The notes under the pieces were generated by a model. That model searched no databases. It saw only the letters and a list, made by a program, of their open reading frames with translations, and was not told the DNA's origin. A program made the position numbers and the translations under genes. A stretch of 64,000 nt of DNA from Mobula birostris (Eukaryota), in assembly GCF_030028105.1 (NCBI RefSeq), contig NC_092384.1, forward strand, positions 12,798,316 through 12,862,315, in the 5' to 3' direction. Positions within the stretch are counted from its first letter, which is position 1. The number at the start of each line of letters is the position of its first letter. Of this stretch, positions 24,760-37,798 are shown piece by piece.

Positions 24760-25046
24760 TGTGGCGACCCACTTTCTAGCGCACACGAACCGGCCCACGA
24801 AACAGCGCGCGCAGGCAGAGGGCCGGCCCCAGAAAGGGCGCCAGGCCATCTTCACCAGCAGGGGGAAAATCCCGCGCGCGGGAAGGGTCTGGGAATATGC
24901 ATTCCCCACAGCAATCTTGCCCCAGGGAGGGCGGGAACGGGAAGGCTTTAAAGCAGGCCACGAAGTTTGAATAAATCTCTTTATCGCAACTCCAGTTCAC
25001 CGACTCCGTGTGGTTATTCTAGCACTGTGTGTAGCGCACCGCTACA
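24760..25046 (+). repeat. 5' LTR (287 bp)
   Basis: About 17 substitutions plus one 2-bp indel versus the 3' LTR by manual alignment. Confidence 0.95.
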
Positions 25047-25086
25047 TTTGGTGACCCCGACAGCCCAAACGATATTTGGGCCAGAG

Positions 25087-28000
25087 ATGACCGACGCCGC
25101 ATCTGTTCACGCAGTTTCCTTAAAATTGCCAAGCTTTTGGCCGCTGAGACACCGTCTGTGGTTTGAACAGGCAGAAGCACAATTCCACATTCGGCAGATA
25201 ACCTCGGAGTCCACTCGTTACTACTACGTGCTGAGCTCTCTCGACCAAGAGACTGCTGCACAAGTTGAGGAGTTTATACGGTTGCTCCTGGAGAACGGCA
25301 AATACACAGCATTCAAAGCCCTGCTCATAAGGACTTTCGGACTCTCATGGCGCGAGCGAGCACGCCGCTTAATGCACCTGGATGGTTTGGGAGACAGGCC
25401 GCCATCGGCATTAATGAACGAAATGCTGGCCCTGGCTGAAGGACACAAACCCTGCCTCATGTTTGAGCAGGCGTTCCTAGAGCAACTGCCCGAGGACATA
25501 CGCCTGCTGCTGGCCGACACAGATTTCAGCGACCCCCGGGAGGTGGCGGCCCGGGAAGATGTGCTGTGGAATACCAAGAAGGAGAGAGGAGCATCCGTCG
25601 CACAAATCACCAAGCCGCGTGCCCAACGGCAGACCAGACCAGGCCCGGCAGCAGAGCCCAACGAACAATGGTGCTTCTACCACCAGCGGTGGGGCACAGA
25701 GGCCCACCGCTGTAGACCACCCTGCAAATTCCCGCGAAACGCCAAGGCCCAGCCGCCGCCGATCGCTACGGCGGCTGGCCATCAGGACAGCCTCCTGTAC
25801 GTCTGGGACCAGCAGTCGGGACGCCGATTTTTGGTCAACACCGGAGCAGAGATCAGCGTTTTACCTCCAACGAGTTACGACACCCGCAACAGAAAATCGG
25901 GACCCACCCTGAGGGCGCAAATGGCAGCACAATACGAACCTACGGCACCCGCACGGTGCGGCTAGAGTTCAGCTCCAGCCAGTTCACATGGGACTTCACA
26001 CTGGCCGCCGTGGCCCAACCACTCCTGGGGGCGGATTTTTTGCCAGCCCACAGCCTGCTGGTCGACCTGCAAGGGAAGCGATTAGTCCACGCCAAGACTT
26101 TTCAAACGTTCTCCCTGGGTGAAGCAAAGTTGCCAGCCCCACACCTGGACTCCATCACGCTGTCCAACGATCAATTCACCAGGGTCCTGGCGGATTTCCC
26201 ATCAGTACTGACACCGCAATTCATGGCAGCCATGCCCAGACACGGAGGACAACACCACATCCCGACCCAGGAACCACCCCTCCACGCCCGTGCTCGAAGG
26301 CTTCCTCCGGACAAGCCCTGACTGGCGAAGGAGGAGTTCAAGAAGATGGAGGAATTGGGGATCATACGACGGTCCGACAGCCCATGGGCCTCCCCCCTGC
26401 ACATGGTGCCCAAGGCAACGGGGGGCTGGAGACCATGCGGTGACTACCGCAGACTGAACACAACGCCAGACCGTTACCCTGTGCCGCACATTTAAGACTT
26501 CGCAGCAAACCTACACGGCGCAAGGATCTTTTCCAAGGTAGACCTCGTCGGGGACGACATCCCCAAGACAGCACTCATCACCCCGTTTGGACTTTTCGAA
26601 TTCCTCCGAATGCCGTTTGGCCTGAAGAATGCCGCACAGACGTTCCAGCGGCTAATGGACGCGGTGGGACGCGACTTGGACTTTGCATTCATCTATTTGA
26701 ACGACATCCTCATAGCCAGCAGTAGTCGTCAAGAGCATCTGTCCCACCTCCGCCAGCTCTACTCCCGCCTGAGTGAATTCGGCCTTACAATCAACCCGGC
26801 CAAATGCCAGTTCGGACTCGACACCATCGACTTCCTGGGCCATAGGATTACTAAAGACGGGGCAACCCCTCTGCCCGCCAAGGTAGACGCGGTCCGCCAC
26901 TTCCCCCGACCCAACACAATCAAAGACCTGCAGGAATTCGTGGGTATGGTGAATTTCTATCACCGTTTCCTCCCCTCAGAAGCCCGAACCATGCGCCCCC
27001 TGTTCACTCTGATGTCGGGTAAGGGCAAGGACATTACCTGGGACGAAGAGGCCGCAGCCGCTTTCGTTAAAACCAAAGAAGCCTTGGCAAACGCCGCGGT
27101 CCTAGTGCACCCCAAAACGGACGTTCCTACTGCCCTCACGGTGGACGCACTAACACAGCAGTCGGTGGAGTGCTGGAACAGCTCATCGAGGATCGCTGGC
27201 AACCCCTGGCGTTCTTCAGAAAACACCTACCATCACCCGAACTCAACTACAATGCTTTCGACCGGGAGCTATTGGCACTATACCTGGCAATCCGACATTT
27301 CAGGTACTTCTCAGAAAGTAGGCCCTTTACCGATTTTACAGGCCACAAACCGCTTACCTTTGCGTTCACGAAGATGTCCGACCCCTGGTCGTCCCACCAG
27401 CAGCGACATCTGCCCTACATCTCCGAGTACACGACGGACATCCGGCATGTCTCGGGAAAGGACAACGTCGTGGCGGACGCACTATCCAGACCTACCATAC
27501 AGGCCCTGTCCCAGGGGGTGGACTATGGAGCGTTGGCAGAGGCACAGCAGGCAGACGCTGAGATCCCCAGTTACAGGACTGCAGTCTCCGGTTTGCAGCT
27601 CCAAGACCTCCCCGTAGGCCCAGGTGAGAGGACCCTACTATGTGACATAGCTACCGGCCAACCCCGCCCCGTCGTCCCGGCAGCCTGGCGCCGGCGGGTT
27701 TTCGAATCCATTCACAACTTCGCGCACCCCTCCATCAGGACAACCGTCCGGCTGGTCTCCAACAGGTTCGTGTGGCATGGGCTGCGTAAACAGGTCAGTG
27801 AGTGGGCCAAAACGTGCACGCAGTGCCAAACGGCCAAGGTGCAGCGGCACACCAAGGCTCCGCCGCAGCAATTCGAACCCACCCGCCGGAGGTTCGACCA
27901 CATCCATGTGGATATCGTGGGGCCCCTGCCAGTGTCACGAGGAGCATGGTACCTCCTAACTATCGTAGACCGGTTCACCAGATGGCCAGAGGCGATCCCG

Positions 28001-28670
28001 CTCAGCGACACCACCTCCGAATCCTGCGCCCGAGCACTGATCGCAACCTGGGTAGCCCGCTTCGGAGTACTGGCCCACATTACCTCCGACAGGGGCGCCC
28101 AGTTTACCTCCAGCCTGTGGTCGGCTATGGCCAACCTTTTAGGATCGCAGCTACACCACACAACTGCCTACCACCCACAGTCGAACGGACTACTGGAGCA
28201 TTTTCACCGTCACCTGATGTCGGCTCTCATGGTCCGCCTGGAGGGGCCTAACTGGGTGGGCGAGCTTCCCTGGGTCCTGCTCGGAAACCGCACGGCGCCC
28301 AAAGAGGATCTGCACACCTCGTCGGCCGAGTTGGTGTACGGCGCACCCCTGGTAGTCCCAGGAGAGTTCATACCAGCCCCAAGGGGTCAAGAGGAAGAGC
28401 CCGCAGCAGTCCTGTACAGACTACGGGAGAGGATCGGTAACCTGGCCCCCATACCCACTTCACAGCACGGACAGAGCCCGACCTGCGTACCCAAAGACCT
28501 GCAGAACTGTAAGTTTCTTTTTGTACGACGGGGCGGACACCGGGCCCACGTTCGTGCTGGACATTGGGTGGAGAGAGAAGGTTTTCACGGTGGACCGACT
28601 CAAACCGGCCCATGCGGACTTGGAGCAGCCGGTCCAGGCTCAGGCACTGCGGCGCAGGGGTAGACCTCCC
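25087..28670 (+). pseudogene. Gypsy gag-pol, frameshifted
   Basis: gag MTDAASVHAVSLKLPSFWP; protease FLVNTGAEISV (catalytic D to N); [22 protein letters not shown] and FIYLNDILIAS (YLDD to YLND); RNase H FDRELLALYLAIRHFR; integrase zinc-binding region and HIHVDIVGPLP, TSDRGAQFTS, YHPQSNG. Confidence 0.92.
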
Positions 28671-28745
28671 AAACAGAGGCTGATCCAGACTGTGGACATT
28701 GGGGGAGGTATCGCCGGTTCTGGGGCGGGGGTGGGGGGGGGGTTA

Positions 28746-29030
28746 TGTGGCGAGCCACTTTCTGGCACACACGAACCGGTTCACAACAGCGCGCGCAGGT
28801 AGAGGGCCGGCCCCAGAAAGGGCGCCAGGCCATCTTCACCAGCAGGGAGAAAATCCCGCGCGCGGAAAGGATCTGGGAATACGCATTCCCCACAGCAATC
28901 CCGCCCCAGGGAGGGCGGGAACGGGAAGGCTTTAAAGCAGGCCGCGAAGTTTGAATAAATCTCTTTATCGCAACTCCAACTCACCGACTCCGTGTGGTTA
29001 TTCTAGCGCTGTGTGTAGCACACCGCTACA
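28746..29030 (+). repeat. 3' LTR (285 bp)
   Basis: Direct repeat of 24760-25046, followed by the TSD GTCC. Confidence 0.95.
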
Positions 29031-29353
29031 GTCCGACAATTTCTTAAGCTGCGTCACTTTATGTCAAATCACGTCTTCTCACATTTTCTACCATCCCTAA
29101 CCTAAGTTCCAAACATACCATAACTGCACTAAATATCAGTCAGGTATCGTTCCATTTTCCTCCTCCATTGTTGGCCTCCTTACTGAAGCTCAAAGAAGCT
29201 GCGAAGAAATTCTATAGAAATACCAAAAAGGCACCAATGACCAAGATTTCTGCACTTGCTGGTACTTGCACACCTAGCTCACAATTACAAACAGAGCGTT
29301 AAAAATAACTTCATTTCTGCGTACTCAAAAATATTATTTTCACATTCCAATAT

Positions 29354-30695
29354 TGTCATAGTCCAGTCCGTGAGATCCGTGTTCTGGTTAACGGTCCGGT
29401 CCATGGTTCCTTGTTCCGGGGTTTCTCGTTTTCCCCAGTTTCTGTTGTGGGCACTTATTTCTCGTTTTGGGGCTGAGACATAAATAGCACTGCAAACCAA
29501 AGATTCGCTGCTGGACTGTCCTGTTCCCCTCCCTGTCTTTTTCCCCCTCGCCTGACCCGCTGCCTGGATACCTCGCCTGACTCTCTGCCTGCTCAACTAG
29601 CCTAGATACCCCGCCTGTATACCCCACCTGTATCGCTGAAATCTTACCACCGGAGCAAGACCGGAGCCTTGTTAGGTCAAGATAAGGAACTGTCTTTCGT
29701 TGTGTGGAATTGTCTTTCTGTGTCCACGCCTTCGTTAGGTAGGTTCGACCGTTTGCCATTACCTAGTGTTGGGATCTGTCTCTGTGTGCACGCCTTCGCT
29801 AGGTGGGTCCGGCCGTTTGCCGCCACCTAGTGTTGGGATCTATCTCTGTGTCCTGGCCTTCGCTAGGTGGGCCTGGCCGTTTGCCACCACCTTGTGTTGG
29901 GATCCGTCTATTCATGTTCAGTGTTCTGTGTATGAGACCCGACCCTACGTCCTGTTCCCATAGAGTGGTCCCTGCTCTGTGTTATATGTGTGAGTCCCGG
30001 CCCTACGTCCTGTTCCCAAGGAGGGGCCCCGGCTCTGTGTTCCGTGATCCCGTCTCTTTTAGTCCAAGGCTCCGTGCTCCTGAAGGCCCTCGTCCAGTCC
30101 GTGCCTAGTCCAGTCCTATCCGAGTCCTGTTCATGTGCCTTTACCCGTCCTTGAGTCTCGCCCTACCCAGAAGTTCAACACCCAAGCCATGACCAGTCCT
30201 GTAGCCTCGTCTTGTCCTCGCCTAGTTCTGGAGTCCGAGCCCGAGTCAAGTCCCAGGTTCTGGGTCCTTGCCCAGTCTCTGGCTCGGAGTCCGTACCCAA
30301 GCCTCGAAGTAACCTAGACCCGAGACCCAAGATCCCAGCCTGCAGGCTTCAAGACCAAGACCCCAGCCTGTCTCCAAGCTGAAGCCTCAAGACCAAGACT
30401 CAAGCCTTCAGACCAAGACACAAAGTCTGTCTCCAAACCTCAAGCCTCAAGACCCCAGCCTCCAGTCCTGCAGTCATGTCATGTCCATGCCGGGTTCTGG
30501 AGCACGAGCCCGAGGCAAGATCCAGGTTCTCGGTCCTTGTCCAGTCTCTGGCTCGGGGTCCAAGCCCGAGTCTGCGTTCTTGTCCCTGCTCCTTTCCTGT
30601 ATCCTGTCACGTCCCTACTCCAGTCAAGTCCTGTTCTTTGTGCTTCAGTGTCTCTGTCTTGCATTTGGGTCTGTTGCCAACTCCCCGTTGTGACA
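29354..30695. mobile_element. Solo LTR (1342 bp) with internal tandem repeats
   Basis: tgtcatagtcc...gttgtgaca. Perfect 5-bp TSD AATAT at 29349-29353 and 30696-30700. Shares its 3' third with the 19635 and 36973 copies. Confidence 0.85.
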
Positions 30696-31199
30696 AATAT
30701 CTCTTGCACTGGCTACTAATTCTCCATTCATATTTCTGCATATATTATATAATTTTTCTTCGAGGTTTTATCATCTCTATATTCATTTACGAAACTTATT
30801 TTACGTAGTGCTAGAATCCTCAGATTCGGACGTTAATTGCTACTGTTGGCAACGAATTAAGGCAGCTCTATCAATCCATCTATGAAATCCTTAGACATAA
30901 GTTCTTCCCATTCCAAGCAACTTCTCTTTACCTTTGTACCTTTTTTGCATACCAATCACACTTTGCCATTGTCAACACATTCCGCGACGCTGAAGACATT
31001 AAATGGTACACACACGACAGATTAGAAATTTCCTTCAGCTGTTAATTCAAGGTATTCTTTGAGAAACAGCAATCACACTCTGTGGAGTTAGTGCACATTG
31101 TTTGGCGTAAAATTTAGGGAAAATAATATTAAGTAATTAAACCAGCAAAACATGTTGAAAATTAATGTCTAATAACGACACAAACTTCATGATTATATG

Positions 31200-32360
31200 A
31201 AGCATAGAAACATAGAAAACATACAGCGCAATACAGGCCCTTCAGCCCACAAATCTGTGCCGAACATGTCCCTACCTTAGAACTACCTACGTTTTATCCA
31301 CAGCCCTCTATTTTTCTAAGCTCCATGTAGCCACGAAGGGGTCTCTTAAAGGGGTTTCTGCCTCCACCACCGCCGCCGGCAGCCCATTCCACGCACTCAC
31401 CACTCTCTGCGTAAAAAAACTTACCCCTGACATTTCCTTTGTACCTACTTCCAAGCACCTTAAAACTATGCCCTCTAGTGCTAGCCATTTTAGCCCTGGG
31501 GAAAAGCTTCTGACCACCCACACGATCATTGCCTCTCATTATCTTGTACATCTCTATCAAGTCACCTCTCATCATCGGTCGCTCCAAGGAGAAATGGCCA
31601 AGTTCACTCACCCTATTCTCATAAGGCATGCTCCCCAGTCCAGGCAACATCCTTGTAAATCTCCTCTGCACCCTTTCTATGGTTTCCACGTCCTTACTAT
31701 AGTGAGGCGACCAGAACTGAGCACAGTACTCCAAGTGGGGTCTGACCAGTGTCCTATATAGCTGCAATGTTACCTCTCGTCTCTTAAACTCAATCCCACG
31801 GCTGATGAAGGCCAACGCAGCGTATGCCTTCTTAACCACAGGGTCAACCTGCGTAGCATCTTTGAGTGTCCAATGGACTCGGACCCCAAGATCCCTCTAA
31901 TCCTCCACACTGCCAAGAGTCTTACCATTAATACTATATTCTGCCATCATATTTGACCTACCAAAATGAACCATCTCACACTTATCTAGGTTGACCAGCA
32001 TCTGCCACTTCTCAGCACAGTTTTGCATCCTATCAATGTCCCGCTGTAACCTCTGACAGCCCTCTACACTATCCACAACACCTCCAACCTTTGTGTCATC
32101 AGCAAACTTACTAACCCATCCCTCCTCTTCATCATCCAGGTCATTTATAAAAATCATGAACAGTAAGAGTCCCAGAACAGATCCCTGAGGCATAGCACTG
32201 GTCACCGACCTCCGTGCAGAATATGACCCTTCTACAACCACTCTTTGCCTTCTGTGGGCAAGCCAGTTCTGGATTCACAAAGCAATGTCTCCTTGGATCC
32301 CATGCCGCCTTAGTTTCTCAATAAGCCTTGCATGGTGTACCTTATCAAATGCCTTTCAAA
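31200..32360 (-). mobile_element. CR1 LINE 3' fragment
   Basis: ORFs 31897..32241 (PQGSVLGLLLFMIFINDLD...SKFADDTK) and 31294..31839 (LYRTLVRPHLEYCAQFWSP). Tail catagaaacatagaaaac. Confidence 0.9.
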
Positions 32361-32621
32361 TATGAAAGCTCAGTGCTTACATATTCGTCGGCTACAACTG
32401 AAATGTCAACCAATAGAAAAATGTGTCGTGCGATGCAAAGCAGAAGTTCATCGAGCTTACATAGCAAAACCTAACCATCGCCTGAAAGGTAGATTCTAAT
32501 CGGTATTTTTTCCATTGCAGTTTCTGGCTCTATGAATGATCATACTTTAAAAAGGATGAATACTTTCTATACTTTCCCTTTCCCGTATTAGGTTGTGCAA
32601 GAACGGTGATCATTTGATATA

Positions 32622-32624
<3 letters not shown>

Positions 32625-32660
<36 letters not shown>
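32625..32660. repeat. (GT)18 microsatellite
   Basis: Read directly from the sequence. Confidence 0.95.
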
Positions 32661-32662
<2 letters not shown>

Positions 32663-33699
32663 GTTCTGCAGAATGTTCACTAGCCTACACACGTCAAACT
32701 TTTCTTTATGTAATGATCGGATTTTCCTTTTTCCTAACTACCTGGTAACTCAATTATTAACTGAATCAACCCCACTCCCTGTGTTTTATATTATTTTATT
32801 GAATGAAACTTCACCATCATCTAAGCGGTAGCATCCAGTATTGGAGCAGATTTCTCATTTCGGGAAAAAAAGAGCATGAGGCTCTCAACTAGTCTATGCA
32901 AATTGCTTGAGATGGTCAATAAAACAAAAACAGTGGAAACATGAAGTGTTACTTCCGATTTTTGTGAAAATTTACTTCCGCTAATTTATTCCAGCCTTTC
33001 CGCTTCTATGTTTTGTGTCATTTGCCCAATGCCAGTTTGATGTTTGGTGACAGAGATGATCAGACGCAGTGATCATGCAAACTACATATCTGCTAATGGG
33101 CTGGAGAGAGAAACAAGTTGAGATATGGAGTTGAGATAATTGCAAATAATGAGAACCGCTGCTGTTGCTAAATTTTAGGAAAATAATTGACGAGTCTGAA
33201 CACTGTTCACAATGATGCCCATGTACACCAATTATCTGGACAGCCCATCAACCCGGAATTTCACTTTTGGTTCTGGGAACATATTTAGGTCAATATTTAT
33301 GATTTCAACATCAAAATGCAGAAATTCCTATCAGACTTCACAAAACTGGGACGTGAGTGCCGCCTAATATCAATCGGATTTTAGACACAGTTAATTCTAA
33401 TGCTATTAATACATTCGGTAGCATGGCGACACAATCAGACTGCGCAACCACTCTGGGTTCAATCAAAGGTGTATTTCTTCATATTTTACAATCGCAAGTC
33501 TCTGCTGGATACGAAGAGCGTCACGTACTGCAGAATCATCTCATCAGCGATTTGCGCGACAGCAGTGTAGCTGGAGTTATTGCATAACCTCGTTATGCTA
33601 TTGTCTGGATTTACTGCTTACCGTTGTGCTGAGATGGTGTGCGGTACAAACAAAGGTGGGAGTAATTGTCTTCGACATCTGATTGTCAGTGCATGACAC

Positions 33700-34210
33700 T
33701 GTTGGACATTGGTAACAAAGAATATTGCAGGTCCGATTCACTGAATCATTAGTGGGACGTAGGGCAAGGGAGCTGCGTTGCTTCAGTTGTTGCGCAGAGA
33801 AGACCCTCGTCCCTCCGAGTCACCTGTTGCGGTCGCCAGCGAAGGAGTCGTAGCAGCTGGTCGTGCACCGCTGGATTTCGTACCTGGTTGGGGTTTGCTG
33901 CTTCCGTTGGTGATACCCTTTAGTGCTCGCTTGGTGCTGCCGTCTAGCGTTGGCTAGGTGGAAGGACAAGCTGGACCAGGACAACTGAGGACCGAGCTAT
34001 ATACATTTTCTCTCTTTGTGACTGACTTTTTTTTTTCCGAAATCGTAACCGCATATGCTATTTGAGCTATGAGCAAATTGCTATGTGCGGTGTAATGTGT
34101 GCTGTTGGTAATATTTTGCATCTTATCCCCGGGAGTATGCTGTTTCGTTTGGCTTTATTCATGCAAGCTGAATAACAATTAAACTTGGAATTTTAAACTT
34201 GAAAGCGTAA
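33700..34210 (+). mobile_element. Unclassified non-autonomous retroelement-like repeat
   Basis: GC-rich head and LINE-type 3' end gctgtttcgtttggc...aataacaattaaacttg. Family not identified; boundaries approximate. Confidence 0.4.
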
Positions 34211-34829
34211 ACTTGAAATCCTGTTTTGCCTCCGTCCTTGAAACTTTGGCATTGTTCAAACTATGGATGAATTCTCTGTCTGGAAAATTAGTGAGATACT
34301 TCAAACTGACTGTTCAAAGGCAAAGGTGAATGCACGTTTGACAAACCAACCTGAACTAGAGTCACTGAATACAAGCCATCGGCTGCTGTACAGCTGCACT
34401 GGAACAAAGAAATTAACTAAATGGAATAATTATAATGAAGCAGCTGCTGGCAATTTGAAGCAAAGTGACAACATGATGGAAACACTCAACCTGTCGGAGA
34501 GTAACTGAAGATCTGTTACATAACTCGCTAGAACTGGGAAAGCTTGGAACTATATTTTATGTTACAGAGGAAGGAAGGTGGGGGAGGTTGCGCAGGACAA
34601 ATTGAACATCTCTGCTATATGGAGCCCAATGTTCCCATGTTGTAGGCAAAGACTATGCAGAAAAGAGCAGTCTGAATTTGTATTAGAACTGAGCATTCCT
34701 TTGTAACAAACCCACCTGTGACATTGGCCCAGCTTTATCTTGCCAATTATCACAATCTAACATCTGGGCATTTCGCAAATTTGATTTCTTTCCCTGTACT
34801 AATCACGTTCGATTTGTCCTTGTTTTTAA

Positions 34830-36972
34830 GTTCTGCAGGAAAGCCAGTTCTGAATCCACCTGGCCAAACTTCCCTAGATCCCATGCCTTCTGACTTTCTG
34901 AACAAGCCTACCGTGTGGAACCTTGTCAAATGCCTTACTAAAATCCATATAGATCACATCCACTGCACTACCCTCATCTACATGCCTGGTCACCTCCTCA
35001 AGGAACTCTGTCAGGCTTGTTAGACATGATCTGCTCTTCACCAAGCCATGCTGACTGTCCCTGATCAGACCATACTTCTCTAAGTGCCCAGAGATCTTAT
35101 CTCTGAGAATCTTTTCCAACAGCTCTCCCACCACAGACGTAAAGCTCACTGGTCAATAATTACCCGGACTATCCCTACGACCTTTTTTGAACAAGAGGAC
35201 AACATTCGCCTCCCTTTAATCCTCCGGTACCATTCCCGTGGACAACGAGGACGTAAAAATCCTAGCCAGATGCTCAGCAATCTCTTCCCTCACCTCGTGG
35301 AGCAGCCTGGGGAATATTCCATCAGGTCCCGGGGACTTATCCGTCCTAATGTATTTTAACAACTCCAACATCTCCTCTCCCTTAATATCAACATGCTCTA
35401 GAACATCAACCTCACTCATATTGTCCTCACCATCATCAAGTTCCCTCTCATTGGTGAATACCGAAGAGAAGTGTTCATTGAGGACCTCGCTGACTTCCAC
35501 AGCCTCCAGGCACATCTTCTCACCTTTATCTCCAATCGGTCCTACCTTCAGTCCTGTCATCCTTTTTTTCTTCACATAATTGAAGAATGCCTTGGGGTTT
35601 TCCTTTACCCTACTCGCCATGGCCTTCTCTTGCCCCCTTCTTGCTCTTCTCAGCCCCTTCTTAAGCTCCTTTCTTGCTTCCCTATATTCTTCAATAGACC
35701 CATCTGATCCTTGCTTCCTAAACCTCATGCCTTCTACCACCTGACTAGATTTTCCACCTCATTTGGCATCCATGGTTCCTTCACCCTACCATTCTTTATC
35801 TTCCTCACCGGGACAAATTTATCCCTAACATCCTGCAAGAGATTTGCAGACATCAACCACATGTCCGTAGTACATTTCCCTGCAAAAACATCATCCCAAT
35901 TCGCACCTGCAACTTCTAGCCTTATAGCCTCATAATTTGCCCTTCCCCAATTAAAAATGTTCCTGTCCTCTCTGATTCTATCTTTTTCCATGGTAATGCA
36001 GAAGGCTAGGGAGCGGTGGTCACTGTCCCCAGATGCTCACCCACTGAGAGATCTGTGACCTGACCCGGTTCATTACCTAGTACTACATCTAGTATGGCAT
36101 TCCCCTTAGTCGGCCTGTCCACATACTGTGACAGGAATCCGTCCTGGACATACTTAACAAACTCTGCCCTTTCTAAACCCTTGGAACTAATCAGGTGTCA
36201 ATCAATATTAGGGAAGTTAAAGTCACCCATGATAACAACCCTGTTATTTTTGCACCTTTCCAAAATCTGCCTCCCAATCTGCTCCTCTGTATCTCTGCTA
36301 CCAGGGGGCCTATAGAATACTCCCAATAGAGTAACTGCTCCCTTCCTATTCCTGACTTCCACCCATACTGACTCAAAAGAGGATCCTGCTATTTACCTAC
36401 TCTTTCTGTATCTGTAATAGTATCCCTGACCAGTAATGCCACCCCTCCTCCCCTTTTCCGCCCTCTCTATCCCTTTTAAAGCACTGAAATCCAGGAATAT
36501 TGAGAATCGGTTCCTGCCCTGGTGTCAGCCAAGTCTCTGTCATGGCCAATACATCATAATTCCATGTGTATCCAAGCTCTGAGTTCATCACCTTTGTTCC
36601 TGATGCTTCTTGCATTGAGGTACACACATTTCAGCCCTTCTACCTTACTGTCTTTACACCGTTTATTCTGCTTCTCTTTCCTCAAAGCCTCTTATATGTT
36701 AGATCTGGCTTTACTCCATACACTTCTTTCACTGCTCTATCGCTCTGGGTCCCATCCCCCTTGCAAATTATTTTAAACCCTCCCAAACCATGCCAGCGAA
36801 CCTACCTGCAAGGATATTGCTCTCTCTCCAGTTCAGGTGCAACCCATCCAATCTGTACAGGCCCCACCTTCCCCAAAAGAGATCCCAATGATCCAAAAAT
36901 CTAAAACTCTGCTCCCTGCACCAGTTCTCAGCCATGCATTCAACTGCCATCTCCTCCAATTGTTAGCATTAC
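34830..36972 (-). mobile_element. CR1 LINE fragment (ORF1 end, EN, RT start)
   Basis: SFRFLDHWDLFWGR; RTDKSPGPDGIFPRLL; AVDVIYMDFSKAFDKVPHGRL. Confidence 0.9.
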
Positions 36973-37798
36973 TGTCAGGCCAACCTTGCCGTTACCCTGT
37001 GGTTGGATCTGTTCCTTCCCGTCCTCGCCTCCATTGGGTAAGTCAGGCCGTCTTTGCCGTTACCCCGAGGCTGGTCTGTTCCCTTCCCCTCTCCATCTGA
37101 ATCCTTGACAATTTTCTCGGCGGTTACCTTGGCAGTCATCCCGGTCCCTGATCCTAGTAAGCATCCTGGCCTGGCGTCCAAGGAAGGGGCCCGGCCCTGC
37201 GTTCCAAGAAGGAGTATCTCATCCTGCCCAGGAGTTCTTCGTCCTGCCCAGTAGTTCATAGGCCTGCCCAGGAAAGCATCGAAGAATCCAAGCCTCGTCC
37301 AGTCCTGTAGCCACGTCATGTCTTCTCTTAGTTCCAGAGTCCGACCCCGAGTCAAGACCCAGGTTCTGGGTCCTTACCCAGTCTCTGGCTCGGAGGAGTC
37401 CATACCCAAACCTCGAAGAACCCAAGCCTCGTCTAGACCTGTAGCCAAGCCTCGAAGAACCCAAGCCTTGTCTAGTCCTGTAGCCAAGCCTCGAAGAACC
37501 CAATCCGAACCCAAGCCATGTCCAGTCCTATAGCCACGTCATGTCCTCGCCTAGATCCAGGGTCCGAGCCCAAGTCAAGACCCAGGTTCTGGGTCCTTGT
37601 CCAGTCTCTGGCTCGGAGTCCAAACCCACGCTCCTAGTTCCCAGTTCCTTGTTCTGGTCCCGCTTTCCCAGCCAAAGTCCTCGCCCAATTCCGTGTTCCT
37701 GTCCCAGCTCCTAGTCTGTGTCCAGTCCAGTCCAGTTCCCAGTACCTTAGTGTCTGTGTCTTGCATTTGGGTCCGCCTTCAACACCCACCGTTTGACA
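36973..37798. mobile_element. Solo LTR-like element, third copy of the 19635/29354 family
   Basis: tgtcagg...gtttgaca. Shared block caagacccaggttctgggtccttgtccagtctctggctcggagtcc. TSD imperfect (ATTAC versus ATTCT). Confidence 0.7.

Larger units (their letters stand above)
24760..29030 (+). mobile_element. Full-length, inactivated Ty3/Gypsy LTR retrotransposon (4271 bp)
   Basis: TG...CA LTRs at 24760-25046 and 28746-29030. 4-bp TSD GTCC. PBS tggtgaccccgac complementary to the tRNA-Trp 3' end. G-rich PPT before 28746. gag-PR-RT-RH-IN order. Confidence 0.95.

Noticed and set aside
33195-33290. FTFGSG J-segment-like peptide with nearby cactgtt/cacaatg heptamer-like words
   Set aside because: No nonamer at 12 or 23 bp spacing, no T-x-L-x-V continuation and no splice donor in the J position; most likely chance.
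33582-33598. gcataac-ctc-gttatgc hairpin
   Set aside because: A 7-bp stem with no U-tract or other context; expected by chance.
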